Shown here: positions 1 to 11,238 of the stretch, in pieces | Layout of the letters: every line of letters starts with the position of its first letter | Position numbering within the stretch: position 1 is the stretch's first letter | From: Selaginella moellendorffii | Taxonomy: Eukaryota > Plantae > Lycopodiophyta | Length of the DNA stretch: 64,000 bases | Direction of reading: 5' to 3' | Assembly: GCF_000143415.4 (NCBI RefSeq) | Contig: NW_003314261.1 | Coordinates: 2,863,266 to 2,927,265, forward strand | The notes under the pieces: generated by a model | Databases searched by the model: none | What the model saw: only the letters and a program-made list of their open reading frames with translations | Told to the model about the DNA's origin: nothing | Translations under genes and position numbers: made by a program

Positions 1-588
1 CAGATTGCCATTCCGGGCAAATGCCGCAAGGAGTGAAATCCACGAGACATCGGTCCACTGTCGCATGGAATCAAAGACGCGCTTGGCGCTGGCTGGATCA
101 GCGGCTTGAGCGAAAGCCACGAGCATCACATTGCAAGAAACCGCGTCGTGCTGGGGCATCCTCTCAAAGACGTTCCTGGCCTGGGCTAGAAGCCCTGATC
201 TGGCGGCGTACACCTGGAGGAAGATCGTCCAGGAGATCAAGCTGCGCTCCTGCATTGAATCGAAGACAGCCACCGCCGAATCGATCTGGCCCTCGTTCGT
301 GAAGGCCTTGAGCATGATTGTCCAGGAGACGACATTCCACTCGGGCATGGCGCCGAGGAGAGATTCCATCCGGCGGAGCTGCTGCCCCTTCCTAGCATAA
401 GCATCCAGGAGCGCATTCCACGACACGATCGTCCACCCCGGCATCGCATCGAAGGCGTTCTTTGCGCCCGAGGCATTGCCTATCGAAGCGAAACTTGAGA
501 TGAGCGAATTCCAAGCCACAAAATCCTTGCCCTTGTTCTTGGCTTCATCGCTATGCCGCTCAAACCCAATGGCGGGAAATCTGAGCAT
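1..588 (-). CDS. PLS-class pentatricopeptide repeat (PPR) protein, 5' part (runs off window start)
   Basis: Manual minus-strand translation from ATG 588 is open to position 1, with repeats such as DFVAWNSLISSFASIGNASGAKNAFDAMP / WNVVSWTIMLKAFTNEGQIDSAVAVFDSMQ / DAVSCNVMLVAFAQAADPASAKRVFDSMR. Confidence 0.88.
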   Translation of the reverse strand, partial: MLRFPAIGFERHSDEAKNKGKDFVAWNSLISSFASIGNASGAKNAFDAMPGWTIVSWNALLDAYARKGQQLRRMESLLGAMPEWNVVSWTIMLKAFTNEGQIDSAVAVFDSMQERSLISWTIFLQVYAARSGLLAQARNVFERMPQHDAVSCNVMLVAFAQAADPASAKRVFDSMRQWTDVSWISLLAAFARNGNL

Positions 589-2465
589 ATGCGCATATGC
601 ATATATTCTGCTAGAGCGTAAGTCTTTTCCCTAGCAATTCACAATTGACATTTGCAACTACCAAAAGTAAAAAGGAAATACCAAGCACGATTAGCCTAAG
701 AACCATAAAGTTTTTGTCTTTCATCCAATGCAGCAAATTAGGGATGGATATGGATTTATGGAATGAAATGCTCTGCGATTTGTGGCAAATCCTCTCTGTA
801 CGATCATCAGCTCTATCCCAATTTCTCATAAACACTGTCCTAGAAAGCTTATTTCCTGGAGCTGACGGGGATAAGGCGTGATTGCTTTGGCTCACCATCA
901 TTGCGTGAGAGAAGACCCAGTGGTTACACAACCACTGGAAACCTTCTATTGCTAACTGGGGAAAAAGCAGCGAAAAAAGAAATGCTCACCATAGTGTTGG
1001 CATTCACAACCTCGGCAGTATGCTTTGTGTGTGGAGGTCGATCCCTGGTGATGGCAGCGATGTTGTGCATGTAATCAAAATTGCAACACTTGAGAGAGAG
1101 GAGGGAGCTAGACCACGTGTTGTGATTTGGCCCTCATCCACAGCAAACAATAAACTTCTTCTATCCCAGCCATCCTCTCATTGGCCATGCAAACATTCAC
1201 AAAAGTTTTCCCAAGAGCCTCCACTCCTTCTCGTTCTACAGATAGAAAAAGCTTTCCAAATCTAAAATCTAAATTTTACTTGAAATTTACTTGCCTTATT
1301 GGAATTCAGATTTACCACTGGGAAAGAAACATTGATAAATCTTTCCAAGCTACAGACCGGATTCACATTGAAGTTAGGAATCTTGGACGCTACTTTGTGA
1401 CAGTATCACATTTTAGTTTCAAGTATAAGCTGCTTTAGGATGAACCACACTTAGACTTTATTATGTTGACAACCTGGAAGTTTTTGGAGCAGTAGCGTCA
1501 ACTCCAGTTTAGAGAATTTCTACTGATGGCCATGCAATCTACATCAAACAAAATGTTTGCAGTAGATCTTTTCTACATCATGCTAGGGTTTTGTAAGCAG
1601 GTGGCATAGAGTCACGAGCGGCCAGCAGCATGGTCGATGAGTGAGCTACTTAGGTGGTGCACAGGGCGATAGAGCTTAAAATATAGAAATATTTTAGGTA
1701 ACAATCCAAGAAAAGGTATAAAGATTGTATTGTTAGATAAAAAAATTGCACAACTAAATATAATATTTAATTTAATCTAGTGATTAAATTTAGTTATGAG
1801 AGACATTTAATTTGTGCCTATATTATGCATATGCTGTGATTATAATAGATGCTGATAAGATTTGCAGACAAATAGCCACAACAATTGTCATTGCAGCATA
1901 TTTAAAGCCATGGGTCTTATGCTTCTTGGGGAGTGTTGCAAGAATTTGTAAAAAGTATATGAACTAGAAATTGCCCAACAAAAGTTGGCAGGTTGGCAAG
2001 GTGAAGCTTTTATCTCCTCAATTGCCTTTTAATATTGCCCAGAAAATGTTGGAAGAGTACAAAAATCAATAATTTTATACAATATTTTCTTTTGATATTT
2101 TTATATGTGTATATAATAGTATAGAGTATAGGGATTGTGCTTTTGAGTTCTCGTATTATATGGCATTATGATTTTTCTCACTTATAACTCCATCCACAGT
2201 CTTGGTGATTGTCTTCAGGTAACTTAAGACCTATGCACTATTTCAAACACTAAAGGGAAAAATAAGAATTACTAAGTAAATATTATTGATAAAGATAATA
2301 CTAATATTTTAAGAAATTACTCAACCCAGAAAAATTAAAACAGAAACTGCTAAGATTAATTTTTTATAGTTATAAGAATAAATATATTTAGTACACTTCC
2401 AAAAAAAACAATAAAAGAAGAATTACTAAAAATAAATTTTATTAATTATAAGTTATATATAAAGT

Positions 2466-3131
2466 TGTGAATGCTTGGGATATAGGAATAAATATATTAA
2501 TTGAGGTTTAAACCACTGCTTATATATAAAAATAGATGGACTAAATTCAGTCCTAAATAAACAAGTACTATAGGGTAATACATGTATATACATACATATA
2601 TTCACAGATCTTACATTATCGTCCCCTTTGGAAAATGAAAAAGTGACGATAATAAATTAGGTGGAACATTTAAAGCTTTTGCTAGGTGATTACAGACTAC
2701 CATAAGAATCTAAAGCTTAAGTGATATACTCCTTAATTGATGACAGCATGGTATAGTAAAAGAAGAGAATGCAATGAAAATTAGAAGAAAAAGTAGATAT
2801 AAGCACAATGATAGCTAAAACTCTAGATCTTGCAAAAGGCTAATACAAATCTAGATTTAAAAGAGAATGAAGAAATAAAACCAAAAAGTGCAATGCTAAA
2901 CACTAAAGCAAAGCACTGTCTAAAAGCTTTGCTCTTTAATGACAAATTACAATACCTCTCACCTCCACCAATGTGGTTGCTTAGGATAAAGCAATAAATA
3001 TATTAATTAGGGTTTAAACTTGTATTTTAGATTTAGTCCCAATAGATGGTCCATATGCTATAATACTATAATTAGTGTATTACCTAGCCAAGGTAATAAA
3101 TATATATGCATGCATATTTATAAACCCTACA
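2466..3131 (-). mobile_element. TRIM-like non-autonomous LTR mini-retroelement (tRNA-Ala PBS)
   Basis: Two degenerate direct repeats with TG..CA ends (2466-2615, 2972-3131). Minus-strand PBS TGGTGGAGGTGAGAGGT (2954-2970), PPT-like AAAGGGGACGATAA next to the 3' LTR, and flanking 4-bp duplication AAGT (2462-2465 / 3132-3135). Confidence 0.75.
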
Positions 3132-5459
3132 AAGTATGTTTTTATTTGGAATATAGATAAATTTAGAATCCTAAAATATTAAGAAAACTTACCCAGACTC
3201 ATAGAAATGTAAAGACGAACTAAGAAGATTAATTATCATTAATTTGGGGAAGCATTATTTAATTATTATGTGTTTACTTGGAATATGAATAAATATATAA
3301 CCAAGATTTAAGAACATTAATATATTACTCAGACCCAAATATAACCTAAAATTAAAAAAATTGTATGTACCCTTAAACTCAAAATTAATTTAATTTTAAG
3401 TAATATAGATTTAGTAAATAATTACTTTTCCATGTGCTTTTCTTAGAATATAGAACAATAAAATGTTAATCTACTACCCAGACCTAAGTAAAACTAAGAA
3501 AAGAAATATAAAAAATGATTGTTATTAATATATAAACTATAAATTCAAAACCTGATATTCTATGTATATAAGATTTATGAAGGTGTTTAATTTTGTTTAT
3601 TAAGACTAAGCTAACCCACACCTTAAGCATCATATGGAATTGCTGTAATTGCCCAATCATTAGTATAGCTTATCAATTGGTGACAGGTGACTTTATCTAT
3701 CAACTAAACATATACATAAAGAAGAAAATTATAAAACAGAGTAAATGTCATCTTAATTATATTAACTGATTGAGGCAAGTTTAAGTCAAAATGAATTTTA
3801 ATCATAGTATCCAAGCTAGGAAACGATATTTGTGGCCCAATGGTTTTGCCACCTAAGCAACATCTCCATGGGAACCCCAAAAGCTATTGTTCTTCTGCGC
3901 ACACAATCCCTCACAAGAGTTTTCTAAGAGCCAAAAAAAATTGACAAGCAATGCAAAAGGGCCATAGACCCAGGCAACATTTTTTGTTGCCTATTGTCCA
4001 TGGCTTATGCCCCAGCAATTCTCTACCCCAGCACCTAGTCTCCACTCACACCTAGAGGAAGTTGGAATAGCAAAATAATTTGTGCTTACCCTAACTTTGA
4101 TCAACCATGGTGGACTTGATGCTCTTGGCCTTTTGCTGCTGGAACTCTTGTGCAAGTAAATAGCACTTGCAGAAGCAGTGGGAGATAAAATCTTGGCTCT
4201 GTGATCTAGGCAGCTTGTACTTCTCCTAGAGCTTGGTTTTGTAGTGCGCCGAGAGGTAGCAACACAGCCCAATACAAGAGCCCATTAAACAGGCACATTG
4301 AAAAAATGAAACTCACATAAGAAAGCAAGAAGCAAGGAAGAAAACTTAAGAGCTTACATTCATTGTCCACAACCTCGGCTAAGCATTCAAAGGTTATGCA
4401 AGGAGTGCTTTTAATTACACAACTTGCTCCATGACAAGGCCAAGGAAATCACATACATGTCAACAGAAAACAAACACTTAGACTATCAGTCTCTAAATAT
4501 GGCTAAAGCACTCTCAAGCTTCTCTACAAAAAGGAGAAAGAATTGGGTTATAACTTTCCAAGTCACACTGTGTTGGTTGTTCTTCTCCCAGTTCTTCACA
4601 AACCCTAGAGCTCTAGAAGAGAGAATAATTACTGAAAGACATTACTTAATTATGTGTTTTACTTAGAATATAAAACAATAAGCTATTAGGAACATTAATA
4701 TATTATTTCCCAGATCTAGTCAAGAAAATAATTATTTGTAAATATATATGTTATTGAAACTGTAAATTCAAATCTTATATTGCATAGTATTATGTATTAA
4801 TAAACTATATTTGCAGTTAGGAAAAGTATTTTAAAATATTACTAATTCATCAAATACTACATACATTATTTTAGTTTTTTTTTGTTATGAGTTAGATTAT
4901 AAATAGCTAAGGCTACATATAAAAATATAATATATACTCCTATTGTTAAAGTTATTTAAGTTTTTTATATTAACATTTGAAATTTTGATCATGGTCCTAC
5001 ACATTCATAAAACTAAATCAACCCACTATCACTTGGTGTTAGGTTCTATATGTTTTAATGATATTTAGATAGGCCATCTGTATAGAATATAGTTTTCTTA
5101 TTATATTTGTAGATACTGTTAAATTAAATTATAAAAGTTATTTTTGACCTGAAATATTTAAGATTATAATACTTCATAAAAGAGAATAAGAATGGGTAAA
5201 TTGATTATTTTTTATAGAGCATTAAAAATAAAGTTATTCATTTAAAAATAAATATTCACTCGCTTGGGTAACTTGTTAAACAGAATTCTCTACCAATTTT
5301 GGATTTTGATCTAGTGATTCCACCAAAGGCATACATAATCTATCATCTTATAGATACAACTTGTTACTGGTTAGATTAGCAAAAACATTGTATATTAGCA
5401 CTTGGATAACCCAAAATTTTTTGATACCACACTTCCATCACTATGATAGCGCAATTAGC

Positions 5460-7254
5460 AAGAGATAGAACCTACTGTTAGAGTCTAGCTAGCACTCACC
5501 ACCCAATGTCCTAATCTTTGCACCCATGAATTCATCTAGTAAAGAAAGTAAAATATTTACACTATGCAAATTTGCCACAATGAGAAGCATGTGAGCGATG
5601 AATGCCCCTCCCCTGGTGCCAGTGGCTAGGAAACTACATGCTAAGCAATTCTTCAATGTGATGCCCAATATAGTTCTCCCGACACTAGGCACAACAATAA
5701 GCTCAAGGAAGATCATAAAGAACGTTACCATCTAAGCATAGAATCAAGCCAAGACCAATTGTCACAACTACTGTTACAAGTTCTAACTCCTTCACTTTTG
5801 CCTTCTCTAAAGCTTGTGCCACCACCTAAAGAATATAAAAGAACTCCAAAACTTCCATTGAAAGGAGAATAGCTTACTTTGTAGATTGCTTGCTAGTGGT
5901 TTAGACATGCTGCTAGAGACATCACACCACCATACTGTTGAAGCAACTTTGCCTTTGAATCTAAAGAAACAAAAGAAAACAAAATAAAAATGAAGAGAGA
6001 AAAAAAAGTACCTACAAACTTAATGACTCTCCCAAAATCTTTCCATCGCTAGTACAAAGTTTGAGAAAATGCAATCTCATTGCAAGAAAATCCACTTACA
6101 ACAGTGGCTCCGGTGTCATCGCCATGGTTGGTCCTGATTGCATTCGGCCAAAATCCCGACCGCCGCCAAACGCAGTCAGCCGAATGCAGTTGGACAGCTC
6201 TATTTGGTGATTCCGTTAGACAAAAAAAATGGTGATCACACTTGCAAGGGCTAGATTTTTTATGTTGTTGCAACTATCACCATTGCCACTGCATCTCCAC
6301 TACTTTGCTGTTCTCCTACTGTTATGGAGCAATCCATCCATCCATGAATGTGCAGCCTAGCAAGCCTACATAGAATCCGACGAAGAGGGCTATAGCCTAT
6401 AGGAGCTACGTGCGTACCGAGCTCTATAGGGCAACACTCTCCAGTCGGTCTGCCTTTGTTTTCAATTGAGCGTGGAGCAGCTCGCTAAGGCCTCATAAAT
6501 CGCCCAGTCCGCGATGCTTGAAATTTTTGCCCTAAAATGGAAATTACAATTCCATGATTCTAGCGATTCAAGCGATTCTGGCACAATTGAGCAATGGTGC
6601 CTGATTGAGCATGGTCCTATGTTACCAAGCTCACTCCTTATGCTTTTGGCAAAGGAGTTGGGTGTTGGAAATGTAATTATTGTGGAAAAATGTATGGTGG
6701 TCTGCCAAAACGAATTAAGGTGTATCTTGTTAAAATTTCTGGGTATGATATTGAAGCATGTAGTGCTTTAAATGTTTCTCTTCATATTCAGAACCAAACT
6801 CACCAAATGTTGGTGGAGCAAATCACTAATACCCCTTTGTCTTTACCTTCTATAGCAAATCTACAAAGTAGACATTTTGATGGGGCATTTGCTTCTGGAG
6901 CTGGTATACAAAGTGTTAGTCAATCTCAACCTATGAGTGCTTCTATAGGCCATGAGGGATCATCTGCTTTGGTTTTCCTACTTTTATTAATGTGGTTTTA
7001 CTAAAAATGTTTTTTTTTTATCAAAAAAATTTTATGAACCGTTCAGCCGTTCGGCATTTTCACAGCCGGTTGGCCAGTGGGCATTCAGAACAATCAGGAC
7101 CAACCATGGTCGTTGCAACTTGTCTCAATTCCCAAAACAGGTAGTAGACTAGCAACTGCAGCAAAAAAAAAAGGCACTATGCAGGAATTTGCACATTTGG
7201 GATGAATGTGAAGCACCATTGCAAGGGATTGGCAAGAGCATGCCCATAGCCCAT
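5460..7254 (-). pseudogene. TsaD/Qri7/GCP1-family (organellar t6A tRNA threonylcarbamoyltransferase) pseudogene interrupted by a hAT element
   Basis: Minus-strand exon remnants: VLGIETSC(N)D (7109-7140) continues as DTGATVV after the insertion, then DGKILGESL, LLQQYGGV..H and VVAQALEKAKV..VTIGLGLILCL (5729-5825). These match the family N-terminus and contain stops. Possible C-terminal remnants near 3990-4420. Confidence 0.75.
6123..7108 (+). mobile_element. Non-autonomous hAT-type DNA transposon with BED zinc-finger remnant
   Basis: Perfect 18-bp TIRs CATGGTTGGTCCTGATTG (6123-6140 / 7091-7108) and 8-bp TSD GTCATCGC / GTCGTTGC. Internal frame WKCNYCGKMYGGLPKRIKVYLVKISGYDIEAC (~6650-6765) is BED-finger-like. 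Confidence 0.88.
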
Positions 7255-8079
7255 AAAACCCTAAATCAAAGGAAAGAGATCTAAATATAAGCTTGAATCA
7301 TAATTTGAAGGTGTATTGTCATTATAAATGCTTTCCACTAAATCCTGGAATTTACCCTCTTAATTTCAACAATCTCCATTGCAAAAGGTTTAGTGTCAAT
7401 GCCAATTAACACTTTGCATGTGACATGTGTGGTAGCGCCTTCTTCTCTCACCCCAGGCAATTAACTACTTCCTATTGGCTTGATAGCAAACATCAATAGA
7501 ATTATTTGTTAAGATATGGTTAAGGAAATAACCCTTTTACAGCTACCCCTATCGGACGGCTGCCATTGGCTAAATCTGGCAGCCCAGAAAGGTCAACACT
7601 CCCTCCTTATTATTATATCAAATAACTTCATACATTAATTTAATGTGGTTTGCATCTAGACCACCTGCAAGATCGGATTCCATAGGCTTAGGTGGGACAT
7701 GTATGTAATAACCCTTGTAATAATTGCTCCAAATAAAAACATTATTTTGAAGTTGACATGATTTTAAAGTTATTTCAGTGGTTAAATATTTTGTAATATA
7801 TTTTCTCTGGATACGCCAGATTTAACCACCCTAGCATATGCTTCAGGTTATCCTCGCTTAACTATCTTTTAACCCCTTAAAACCCTTATGGGAAACGTCA
7901 TGGGGCGAAGGGAGAGCGCATTGCAATGCGCGCCATGGATTGTTAGGGTGTGAATTGCGCTAGGGCAAATGTTTGCGGTGGGGCATTGGCGCATCGGCTG
8001 CCGGAGGCATTGGATCTCTCGCGGCTGCCCTGGATTTTGATCGATCTTTCGCTCGCAGCGATTGATCGGCGCCAGCGCC

Positions 8080-11000
8080 ATGGCGGGCATCACGCCAATG
8101 CTGTCGTCGACATCGCTCCAGTACAAGAACGCGCTGGATCGAATCGCCGGGCCGCCCCAGTTTCGGTGGTTCTCGTGGACGCAGCCCGGGTGTGGGAGCC
8201 CGTGCTCGCCCGATCAATGCAGTGCCAGTGCCAGTGCCAGCGCCAGTGCTAGGGCGTCGTCTCGATCCAGGAGAGTCCAGGTTCTAAATATTTTTGTGAG
8301 AGCCGCTTGGTGTAGTGGGAAGTTTAGAACGAGGTCTCACGAGGAGACGAGGTCCGTAGAGAGCAGCACAGCCATCGAGAAGCGTGTCCTCACGCACTAC
8401 TCGTCCGCCAGGAAGGATTTTGACATACTGGAGAGGCTCACAATCTCTGAGACGTCGTCGGTGGGGTTCATCTCGCGGGATGATGTTGTGTCCACGGATC
8501 AAAGAGACTTGGAGGAAGAGATATGGACGATCAATGACAGCGCGGAGCTGTATAAGATCGATGGGTGGGGCGCGCCATACTTTTTCATCAATTCTAAAGG
8601 TCACGTTAGCGTCCATCTCCAGGGGCATCTGGATGGTAAATTCATCTTTGAAGTTGTCCGAAGGCAAGAATTTTAATATTTTCTGTTTTGTTTGTTAATG
8701 GCAGGCGCGGACGAACTGGACTTGGTGGATCTGATAGAGAGCCTCAGACGAAGAAACCTTCAGCTACCAATGGTTCTTCGTTTCCCCGAAATAGTGCAGC
8801 ACAGGATTCGCCAGCTGAATGACTGTTTCAACAATGCCATTGCGAAGTTCAGCTATCAGGCAAGTTTCTCTTTTCTTTTGATCTTTTTTTCAACAGTTCG
8901 CTCTCCTGACGTGTAGCGGCATTTTCAAGGAGTTTTTCCTATCAAGTGTAACCACGACCGCTATCTCCTCGAAGACATTGTGAAGTTTGGGGATCAGTGT
9001 AAGTTTGGGCTAGAAGCAGGCTCTAAACCCGAACTTCTGATAGCTATTGCAAAGCTAAGGGGCAGTAAGGACGCGCTTCTCATCTGCAACGGATACAAGG
9101 CATTTATTTGTGACCCTGTTCCAGTGTCGAGGCTTGATGAGTTGTGTGCTGTTGACTTGTGAGTAATTGACTCTAGCGTCGATGGACTCTTGACAACAAA
9201 TTGTTTCTCTTACTTTCTAATTTTTGTTTCTAACTGGTGGTGCTGATGTGCAGGATCGGGTATATATTGAGAGTGTGTTACTGGCGAGGCAGCTTGGCGT
9301 GAATGCCATCATTGTTCTTGAACAGGTTTGTATTTCTTTTTATTTCAAGTAGTTTATCAATGAACCTATGACAGATGGAGGAGCTAGAAATGGTAATCCA
9401 AGCGTGCAGAATTTTGAAAGTTCGACCCATGGTCGGTGTGAGGGCAAAACTAAGCACCAGACACACCGGGCATTGGGGTGGTTCTTCAGGCGACAAAGGG
9501 AAGTTCGGTCTCACGGTGACTGAGATCGTTCGTGTTGTGTATACGTTGAGAAAGGTTTGTTACGCATTTTTATGCTGGATTTAATACTAACACTTGGAAC
9601 ATGCAGGAAGGCATGTTGGATTGCCTTCAACTCCTGCATTTTCATATCGGTTCGCAAATTCCTTCGATCTCTATTATCAAAGAAGCCATGCGCGAAGGAA
9701 GCCACATCTTCTGCGAGTTAGCTTTGATGGGCGCACCCATGGTATGTACTCCTTTACTTTCGGTATAGTGGCCATCTGAAGCTTTCTCCAGCAATATATT
9801 GACGTCGGAGGCGGGCTTGGTATTGACTACGACGGAAGTAAAACTCAATCGAGTGCTTCAACAAATTACAGCATGCAGGTGGGCCTTTTTTTTTACGTTT
9901 TCGAAGCTTACCATGGTTTTCTCTTTTCTATCCCAGAATTATGCAAACGATGTGGTGGCAGCTCTGGTCGATGCTTGCATTTTAAAAGGGGTTGCTCAAC
10001 CCGTGATCATATCTGAGAGCGGGCGGGCCCTGGCATCCCATCATTCCGTTCTTGTCTTCGACGTTCTCAGCACGTTTGAGCGGTCCGAGAACACTTCCCT
10101 CGCAAATCTGGAAGTTCTGACGAATAACTCGCCTTATAGCCAGCTGAAAGACAATGGTCGAGGCTGCTGTGCCAACTCAAACCGTCCGCCTTGTTCAACA
10201 AGCCCGGCCGCCGATCAAGATCCAGGGGAGTACCTCCTTCACACGTTTGAGAAGGTCTACAATACCATGGACGAGTCCAACTTCAGAGAGTCATACAGCG
10301 ATGCCAAGCAGTTCAAATCCGAGATATCCAGCCTCTTCAAGCTCGGATGCCTGAGCCTGGAGCAGCGAGCTCAAGCCGACGCGCTGTACGAAGCACTCTG
10401 CCATCGTGTCGTAGCACTGTGCAAAGGAGAAGATCTTCCGGACGAGCTCCAGGAGCTGAGGGACTCACTGGCCGCAGTCTACCACATCAACTTATCCGTC
10501 TTTCGCTCGGCTCCCGACGCCTGGGCCATCGACCAGATCTTCCCGATCATTCCACTGCAAAGGCTGACCGAGAAGCCGACTGTTCAAGCTACTCTGGCAG
10601 ACCTTACCTGTGACAGCGATGGGAAGTTTGATCGGTTCATCGGCGAGAATGGCGAAGTAGCAGCCGCCCTCCCTGTTCACGAGCTGCGCAAGGGAGAGCC
10701 TTACTTGATGGGACTCTTCCTCGGTGGTGTCTACCAGGTAAAGTTTCCTTCTCTCTTTTGTTTCCGGTACTAAAACTTCAAGCTCTGTCAGGAGGTGATG
10801 GGAAGCGCTCACAATCTCTTCGGTGGAACAAACATAATTCACGTCAAGATCAAGCCACAGACGAGCAGCGACATCCTTACCTCCGCCGCGGCATTGCTCA
10901 AGAACGGCAGCTCTAGCGGCCGGGGAGGCTACACGATCGAGAGAGTGATCCGGGGCCAAACCATGGAAGAAGTGATGCGAGCCGTCCAGCACGTAGGCGA

Positions 11001-11133
11001 CGAGATGACCGAAGAGCTGCGAAGGGAGGCCGAGGACGCCGTCGCAAAGGGCCATCTCTCGGTGGAAGAAGCGCAAGCACTGCTAGTGAATTATAAGAGA
11101 AGCTTGGGATCCTACACTTACTTGAGCCGATGA
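8080..11133 (+). CDS. ADC: Arginine decarboxylase (multi-exon)
   Basis: Spliced motifs: [23 protein letters not shown] (PLP lysine), [58 protein letters not shown]. Ser/Ala-rich transit-peptide-like N-terminus. Confidence 0.95.
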
Positions 11134-11186
11134 TATGCTCCCGCCAATTATTTTAAAGCAGGAAAAAGATTCTCTTGATAAAAGTT

Positions 11187-11225
11187 TTAGGGTTTTGCTT
11201 CGTATCTATAGAACCCTAGGGTTTC
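11187..11225. promoter_or_regulatory. Telo-box-like motifs upstream of SAM50
   Basis: TTAGGGTTT (11187-11195) and near-palindromic AACCCTAGGGTTT (11212-11224) in the 105-bp ADC-SAM50 gap. Confidence 0.5.
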
Positions 11226-11238
11226 TCGGGCTCTGGCG

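Noticed and set aside
611-1680. Short ORFs and coding-like composition upstream of the PPR gene
   Set aside because: Possibly a decayed gene, but I could not recognise any family and stops occur in all frames.
3240-4800. Dispersed AT-rich similar blocks (3250-3580 vs 4635-4790)
   Set aside because: Real but low-complexity; no termini or TSD could be defined.
7568-7827. Imperfect inverted repeat GGCTAAATCTGGC / GCCAGATTTAACC (possible MITE)
   Set aside because: Short, mismatched and with no convincing TSD.
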